Source: Adineta vaga
Taxonomy: Eukaryota; Animalia; Rotifera
Length of the DNA stretch: 64,000 bases
Assembly (NCBI GenBank): GCA_021613535.1
Contig: CP075494.1
Span: 15,500,001 to 15,564,000 of the forward strand
Direction: 5' to 3'
In this document: positions 55,913-64,000 of the stretch, one piece after another
How positions within the stretch are numbered: the stretch's first letter is position 1
How the letters are laid out: each line of letters opens with the position of its first letter
The notes under the pieces: model-generated
Databases searched by the model: none
The model's input: the letters and a program-made list of their open reading frames with translations, nothing else
What the model was told of the DNA's origin: nothing
Translations under genes and position numbers: made by a program

Positions 55913-56857
55913 TAATATCTTAAAGCACCTGTTTGATTACGTATATTTAAAAACAACTTTATAATTCAAGAGAGAAAAGCGGATCTTGGATCCGTTTTTC
56001 CTCCTTGGTATCTCGTATGTAAAGCTAATTCTTCAAGGTTTGACATGCGACGAAGAAGAAATAAAACTTGAGTATCGTATTCATCCATTCTGGAAAATAT
56101 AAATGAATATAAAACTTAGCATTTGATAGACATTTGATAAACGATACTCTGGCCACTTAATACTAACAATAATTGTCTTGAAACTTTTTGATGACCATCG
56201 AAATAAAGCGTAACGATCCTTAAAAGAAGACATATAAACAAGAATCAGATCTGAATAAAATCAGAGAAGTTTTATACAATCCATGAAGCTTAAATGGAAA
56301 AATCATCAACTCCTCTTTCTTGAATAACAGATTACATATGACTTCGAATCTGTTTTGTCTTCATTAGTATGACAATAACAACAGAAATTTTATCTTTTCT
56401 TTGCTATCATTTGTTTCGATTATTCCATAATTTCCAAATTTAGTACCTTTCTACCAGACACTTCTGTCAATCTATATCATCCTGATTTCTTTCCGCAAAG
56501 ATTGAAATTTCATACGAATAAAATCATTATAACAATAAGAAGAATTATTCAACTGATACATAAATCACTGCCGAACTTAATCGAATCAGCATTGTTGCTT
56601 CTTCCTTCTTATTCATCATAGTTTGAAGAAAAACAAGTGCTTTTCTATTCTTCTACATTCCGAAAAAAACCCACATAGCTTTTTAGATCTTGTGCGATTG
56701 AAACTTTGAATACTGTAAGAAATATCATCAATCTATACAAATGTTGTCTTTATTTCTTTCGATAAAAAATTAATACAAAAGCAAAATAAGACGAAAAATT
56801 TAAAGCTAGAATAGAATTCATAAAAGAATAGTTTGAATTTAAAACATCAAAATAAAA

Positions 56858-57866
56858 TTATCCACATTCATCACCACTAACATTCATATTTGGATGATTT
56901 CCAGGTGGTAATTCACCACTAGGATTTTTCTTATGATTCTTTTTACTTAATTTTTCAAATAATGGTTCAGCTGCATTAAGTAATGTTGTTACATCAGCAT
57001 GTGCTCCTCCTACTTTGATACCGATATGTGCACAACAAATATTATCGAAATGCCAATCATTTAATATATTACGCATCCAATCACGAAATAAAAATGGAGC
57101 TTCAGCTGTTGGATGAAGACCAGCATTTTTAATTGATGGATGAAATGCCATAGCACCACCTTTGAAACCAAATAATTTCAATAGAAAACCTGGTTTTTCA
57201 GCGTACATTATTGTATCATCGACATGAAGTGTTCGTGATGCTGGATGATAAACAAAAACACTAACAAAATGATTGGACGATTCTGGTTGTGGATTAATAA
57301 ATTCGGCACCTAAAATTCGAGATTTTATTTTATTTTATTTAAAAGAATATTTTTCATTATATGAAACCTGCAGGAATACGCATTTCAACTTCTGGTTCCC
57401 ATTTTTTTCTAATATTACAATCATTAAGATCGCCTTTCCAAGGAATATCTGTTAAACGACGTAAATGTCTTGGTGTTCCATAATAAGCTGCTTTTGGATA
57501 GAGTTGATAAAATGCAGGAAATGATAAGGTATGAAATGGATGTGTAGCAAGAACAGCTTCAATTTTATCACCATTATTTGTTAGTTGATCAATTTCTTGT
57601 CGAAGACGATCATTCATTTCTACAGTATCGATAACAAGAAATTTTCCATTACGTAATTGTATTATTGACATTTGTGTTTCGATATCAACAAGTTTGAGAA
57701 TTTTAAAACGTCCACGTACATTCCAAAAACCTGGTCCAATAGAATAAAGTTCATTTTTTTCAAGATCATGTGCAGCATTCGGAGTTTGAGCTGAAACAGC
57801 TGAAGCCATATTACGAAAAGGTTGAAAAACTGATCTGAAAAGAAAACTTGACAAACCAAATATCAT
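56858..57866 (-). CDS. Bacterial-type metallo-beta-lactamase-fold hypothetical protein (intron ~57310..57368); candidate horizontally acquired gene
   Basis: GFWNVRGRFK, LVIDT, IEAVLATHPFHT, YYGTPRH, VYHPASRTLHVDDT, FHPS, NICCAH. Resembles hypothetical proteins of proteobacteria and microbial eukaryotes rather than animal proteins. Confidence 0.75.
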
Positions 57867-58141
57867 TCTATCTAAAAAAAAAAGGAGCTTCTGACGATAA
57901 GCTATTTTTGCTATATCATTAAGTAAATATAGTATTATATATGCATATATGTCACTGAGATTATGTAACTATAGTCAACCAACGTATCGTATTGAGATGA
58001 AGGAAAGAAAATACTGAGTGCGATAGATGACGATACATGAAATCAAATGAAGGAAGGCAGATAAACTCAGAATAGTTTTTGTCTCAGCTATGTTATCTTT
58101 ATCTTTCAATTTAATTTGAAAACAAAAACTAACGAATAAAT

Positions 58142-58913
58142 TTAACTTTGTGTTAGTTGATGTTCGAAAATGTCTCTATTAAAAATCAAATTGTTCGTTG
58201 GAATATTTTCATATTTTGATAGAGATTTCATATCAAATTCAGGAAAGAAGAAATTAATTTCACGTTGTGCTGTTTCAGTTGAATCTAGAAAACAAAGAAG
58301 TTATTTATATCCAAAATATCATATTTGCACCTGATCCATGACCACAATTTCTTGTATCTGTCACACCATGTTGACCACGTATAGTATTTTCCGCTTCAAA
58401 TACGGTTCTATAGCGATATAGATTTTCTAAACTTCGACTTATTTAATAGATAGTCATTACTTAAATACTTTTGTTGGACCGAGCATTGATCGCCATTCTT
58501 GTATTGCATTATCTCTTCCAAGTATATGACATGAGATTGGTCCACTAAATCAATATAAATACTTTAGATTCTAAAGAAGAAAAGTCAACATACCAAGTCA
58601 TATAATGAACAAGTCGACTATAGAAAAATTTTTCTAAATATAAAAGATTATATTTGAAAGAAAAGACTCTATCTGTAATGAACCTTGATGTTCTCGATAG
58701 AATTCTCCAGCTCGTTCACGAGTTAATTGTAAACGTTTACTTTTAACAAAAATAAATTGACGTTTTAAGATTAATTCAATAATTTCCTAAATAAAAAAGA
58801 AAATCTTAGGAAATACAAAAACAAAGTATATTACCTGTATCTATACGTACATTAAATAGACGAGGTGATCGAACAATATCTGGTTTCAAAATACATAAGG
58901 TTAATTGAAACAT
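58142..58913 (-). CDS. NME6: Nucleoside diphosphate kinase 6, 6 exons
   Basis: [80 protein letters not shown]. Confidence 0.9.
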
Positions 58914-60942
58914 AATAATGCCTTATATCTACAATAGAAAGATGATTTTCAGATAAATTTTAAACGAAAAAACATGTGTGTTGATAAAATATATCTTTAG
59001 TACACTGCTGAATAAAAACGTACTCATTTGATCCCATATGTTGCGGTCTCTGTCAGCACCTCAGGAGTGAATTGGCCATTGGTTACATAGCGCTAATAAA
59101 GAAAATATGTATATGGTGGTCTATGTAGGACTACTGTGGACTGTATTCCGCTTTTGCTATTATCAATTGATATTGGAATTATAAATATGATAAATTAATG
59201 TAAAAACGTACGTAATTCTCTTAGATCTTGATTGGTTCTAAAATTAATAACGAATGATGTTGTTTGATCGATGGATGTCGCCTTCGATTGCATACGATTA
59301 GAAATGTATTTAGAAAGAATTTCACCGATCGAACATATGGATAACCTTAGTAGAGTCTTTGAAATGAGTGACTATGAGTAAAGGAAAAAGATGCAAATCA
59401 GAGATGGGCAAAGTACTCGACGACCTACTATTTGAAACTTCAGATAGAAACATTTACACAAGAAAGTTATGTTTTAATTTACCAGAACGATGAAAATGGA
59501 TTATATCTTACTATTCGTTTGATGGCCATATAGTCTATCGATGATTAGTGCTTGCGTGACATACGCAAGTCTTTCATTCCTTCTTTCTGCATTTTTCAAT
59601 ATACATACACGGTTAGTTTCGAACGTATTGATATTAGTACTTATTTCACATCCTCAAAACATTCATATGATAACAATAGAATTAAATTTTCGATATTTTT
59701 ATTTCGTCGTAAGAATTGTTTATATGTTTATTTCGTTGAAGATGATCAGAGAGTAGTATTACGTCTACATTTATAACATTATACTGTTGAGAAATCGATT
59801 GAATATATAATTTATTATAGTAAGTTATTCCAATAAGAATTAATTTCCAACCGAAAATAATTAAAAAATGAAGCCATAATTATTGATATTAAATCATTAA
59901 ATTGATCGAATTGCTGTGAAATTAACGTACGATTTCATAAGAGAATTGAAATAGCTAAAATAACACTAATAATCGAATTCAAAGCATCAGCTAAGAGAGA
60001 TTTTGAATTGCGTCTTTTCGAAAGAATTATTTTTGTCATTGATAATACAATAAAGACCAGAAAATGTGGTACAGAACACAGAAATAAAAACCAATCACTT
60101 CTTGGTATCTCAATAGTTAATAACAAACATGAATCGTGTTAAACAAGATACAATAGCCAAAGATGAACCGATAAAAAGTGCATCAATAACACAACAAGCA
60201 AGATAATCTCGTCGTTCAAGATCATATCCACTGTTTGATCTACAACAAACCAGCAATGTTCGATATCAAAATTTGTAAATTCCAGTTTTAGTTTCTTCTA
60301 CCTTTCAAATGCCATGTGACAAAACAGGTAGAAATCCAGTTCATCAATAACTTAATCCAACTGATGATATACCAAATCGGCAGAAAAAAATGGTATTAAA
60401 CCAAGATATAAAAACAAATTCGATATGCTACTGTTAGCATCGAATTCAATTCAAAGTACATTCAAGAAGATCATCAAACAAGATCAGTGTTAATATAGAA
60501 CTTCATGAAAACTGTACATGAAATATATTATTCATATTTTATGAATGAAAGACTATCTTGCATAACACTATATAACCAATGAGACATCTAAAATTATTTA
60601 ACTAGATTTTCTTTCAAAGGAAATACCAGAAAGAAGAAAAGAGAAATTTTGATCATGTTCAACATGTAAATAGTAATTACTGATCCACTGAAAGATAAAT
60701 CAATAATCTAATAAATCAGATGTATGTGGACCTTCAACACACATATGAATCTTCTATAGATGTAACGATAAATAGGGGAAAATAAATAACATTTATTTGA
60801 TTTTAATGTTCAGTAATATCCACATGTACACAAGCAAAAAAGTCGACATACACAATAAATGTAAAAATGGATAAGATTCCACTGAGACAGCACGTTAAAT
60901 TTTCATGTGTTCACTAATGATTAATGAAGCAACTAAATCAAG

Positions 60943-61864
60943 CATGGGCGGCGCAAGCTCAATTTTATAGGGGAAGCAATTCATTTTTTAAACCAACTAT
61001 AAACACGTATGTCCCGATGACCCAAACTTTGAGAGAGCATTGGTAAATTTTGCAAAATTTTCTAGAAACTTTTAAAAATATTTAGGCAATTTAAGAAAAT
61101 TTATTTAGAGTCTTTTAGGATTTTTCCTTAAAATTTCCCGGGTTGTTCGAAAATTTTTCACAATTAAAAAAAATTGTCAAAAGTTTGAAGAAAATTTGTA
61201 AAACCAACGGTCAAAAACAATTGAAATTTTCAAAGATCAGTGTGACATCGCGACACCTCTGACAGTAACAATAGGTTTCCGGTATTCAATTATTTTCAAT
61301 CAAACTTGAGTAAAGGTAATCGAAGTCGAGCAACTCAAACTGACGTCATTTTCTTAAAACTGTATAAACTAATAGTTTGGTGATAGTTGAGAAACATGAT
61401 TACTACGACAAAGAGCTGAGGAAATCTTCACATTAGCGTTGCTTCCGATTATATATGGGAAAGTAAATGCCTGCGTTCGCCTAAGAGGTGCATCTCTAAT
61501 GGTAAAATATTTTTGAACACAACTATCAAATTGAAAATGATGAACCACAGAGAAAACGAAGGATGTCAGTCTAGACTTTCTCACTGTATCAAAAAGGAAA
61601 AAGGAAAAAGAAAATATGAGACTTCAGGTTTTTCAATCATATCATCAAGATGAACTTAAACTTCCTTGATCACAATATATGTCAGATATATTTATTAAAA
61701 TACTGCTTTCGAAGATCATAAACAAGTTTTATATTGCACTGATATCGTTTTAATAACGACCAGAATATCGAAACTTAATCGAAGCAATAACTGTTTATTG
61801 CTTCTCCAAATTTTTTTCAGGGGAAGCAATTGCTTCCCTTCGCTTCTATGGCGCGCCGCCTATG
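60943..61864. mobile_element. Non-autonomous hAT-type DNA transposon (922 bp)
   Basis: TIRs CATGGGCGGCGC / GCGCCGCCTATG (11/12 match). Perfect 8-bp TSD AAATCAAG at 60935..60942 and 61865..61872. Subterminal GGGGAAGCAAT motifs. Confidence 0.9.
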
Positions 61865-61923
61865 AAATCAAGTAATGAAGATAATAATTGTTTGCATTGT
61901 GTACGTTATTACTGACCAGCATT

Positions 61924-62408
61924 TTATTCATTGACCTCTATAAAAAGATTAAATAAAACGATTAATTAATAACAATAAGAAAAACACTTACTGTCTTTTA
62001 ACATTTTCATAAGGATTGGGATACCTGTTTTGATTTCTTCTATCTAAAAAATTTCTTCACGGTTGAAACATACAAAAAATTGATAATATTGTACTTACGT
62101 TGCAGAGAGCTTCAGACATTTTCTCTGCACTACTGAACATGGAATCTTCTGGAAGACCGTCATCTTTTACCCAGCAATCACGATGACGATTAGCTTCGAT
62201 TAATGCATCTGTAATCACCTGAAAAACGTAAAGAAAAACTCATAAAAAGATCGTATCATTTGTACTCACCAATTGAGTTAACTTCTGGTTTTCCTTGATC
62301 ATTTCTAATGCTTTTTTGCAGTCTCGATATGTACATGGATTTTCAGATTTAAATAAGACACAAAAACCCCACACGATTGCTTTTGTACATTTTTCTTCTA
62401 TCGTATCC
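61924..62408 (-). CDS. Hypothetical spliced gene (3' exons; start unresolved, possibly near 62645)
   Basis: Four exons splice into DTIEEKCTKAIVWGFCVLF...VITDALIEANRHRDCW...IEEIKTGIPILMKMLKDKVNE*. Confidence 0.55.
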
Positions 62409-63553
62409 TAAATGTAAAAAATATGTCAATAATATCTGGGATTTTATTGCAAAAAGTTTCACACTTGTAAAACAATTGCCATTTTTTTCCACGTAAGACA
62501 ACTGAGGGTGCGGGTTAACAAATAAAGAAAAGAAGTGAATAATGAGAAAAAAATACACTTGAAACTTAGAAGGATAGAAACAAAGAGAAAAAAATATAAA
62601 GACAACGAATAGCGAAAGGACATCTTGCCGACAGATACGTCCCATTGTATTCACGTTCGTATTCGTAGGTCAACAGGACAAAATTCGTTCGTTTATAGAT
62701 GTGATAAGCATATAAGGTCGCGTATATATATATATGTCTACACCGAGAGATCAAGGTGATAGATAGAACCTACTATAGTTGTGAAATCAGATATCATATC
62801 ATAATATATGTATTCGTCTAATTATTTAGTTATGTGTCTTTGGATGTGATATCTCGATTCTAAAAATTTAAGTGTTTTGTCCGCAAAATAACGATTTAAT
62901 TCAAAAGAATACATCGAAAAATATAAAATTAGTTTTCATATATTATCCATGAACTTAAACAAAAGAAGCATATATTGCTATAGGAACATTTATACTAGAT
63001 ATATTCTCCTAATTTGGAAAAAGATCTTTTGCATTAAATCATTCCATCAAAATCCGTTTACGATTTGTAGAAGAATTTTTTCCACCTAAGTAATATCAAT
63101 CATATATCGTTGCATCAGTGATTCATTGTTTATTTCTTTGTATCCTGGAAATAAATTCGAAATGAATAAATTATTCAAGTCATGTAGATAATTGAACTCA
63201 TCGACATCGACACTATTTGACAGCAAGTTAATTGTGAAAGAAAGATTAATCTTTCATAAGTGAATCATAATACAAACAGATCTCTGTTCTTAATCGTGTA
63301 CGTCAACCAGTTTCACAAACTGTCTTACGAACGGAAAACATTCGAGAAGATTATCAAACAAAATTTATTTTCAGAATACACGAAGGTAATTGCAACATGA
63401 TCAATATTAATACAAAGAAATTAATATATTTCTCTCGTGATTGATTTTCATTTTGTTTTCATGATCAACTCATAGGTATAGATAGATAAGAAAATTAAAG
63501 TTAGTTAACTAGATTTTATTTCAAAGAAAAAACTGAAAAAAAAGAAAAAAACT

Positions 63554-63946
63554 TTAATCATGTTCAAGAGCTTTCTTTTGTGGTGGTGGTTCGGGTATAC
63601 TGAAATCATCCAGAAAAGTTTCCTGTCGCACACGTAAAATTGTATAAATATAAATACCAATTGCTAATGCACCGAATGATACACCAATAATTCTTGCACG
63701 TCGTCGTTCTCTTGTTCGTCGATCGACATTTCTCATATGTCGTTCTTCAAATCGTTTAATATAAATTTGTTCAGCTTCTGATAATTGACTTGTATCAAGT
63801 ACTGGCATTACAGATGGATCATTCGATTGACGTGGACTTGATGGTAAATCATTTCGTGATCGAATATTTGATGGTTGTGTTGCTAAATAACGATGACAAT
63901 AAAGAGGAAGACGAAGACGAGATGCAAATAAACCTAAAGATGACAT
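63554..63946 (-). CDS. COA3: Cytochrome c oxidase assembly factor 3 (CCDC56)
   Basis: Mitochondrial-presequence-like N-terminus; RRRARIIGVSFGALAIGIYIYTILRVRQETFLDDF. Confidence 0.85.
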   Translation of the reverse strand: MSSLGLFASRLRLPLYCHRYLATQPSNIRSRNDLPSSPRQSNDPSVMPVLDTSQLSEAEQIYIKRFEERHMRNVDRRTRERRRARIIGVSFGALAIGIYIYTILRVRQETFLDDFSIPEPPPQKKALEHD

Positions 63947-64000
63947 CTAAAAATAAAATCATTTACTTTTATGATATGTTATTTCTTTATGTCCTTCTTT

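Noticed and set aside
59399-59420. hAT-like terminus cagagatgggcaaagtactcga
   Set aside because: No matching opposite end or TSD found.
59500-60500. Possible decayed membrane-protein/GPCR gene
   Set aside because: Too many stops and no diagnostic motif to support a call.

Overview
AT-rich eukaryotic genomic DNA with dense genes and very short (~45-60 nt) GT-AG introns, intronless class-A GPCRs and apparently foreign genes. This combination points to a bdelloid rotifer (inference). Conserved genes in order: Cactin (3' part), C18orf32-like, FZR1/Cdh1, a macro-PARP, GPCRs, an SLC13 transporter, a CLC-3/4/5 exchanger, trichoplein, an M6P-receptor-like protein, STXBP4-like, AMPK-alpha (with an antisense tRNA-Gly in an intron), a GT11 fucosyltransferase, a Pro-rich protein, an AADAC/NCEH1 lipase, a divergent Argonaute, NME6 and COA3. 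Most notable: (i) the Argonaute lacks half its slicer tetrad and has two frameshifts, and is followed by a non-metazoan-looking Pol-beta nucleotidyltransferase fusion gene and a bacterial-type metallo-beta-lactamase-fold gene; (ii) a reconstructed myristoyl-motif/zinc-finger/macro/mono-ART PARP; (iii) a decayed gene starting with a dynein-heavy-chain N-terminal-like domain; (iv) a clean non-autonomous hAT element, MITEs and a piggyBac relic. Gene models were spliced by eye and homologies are recognised from memory, not from database searches.
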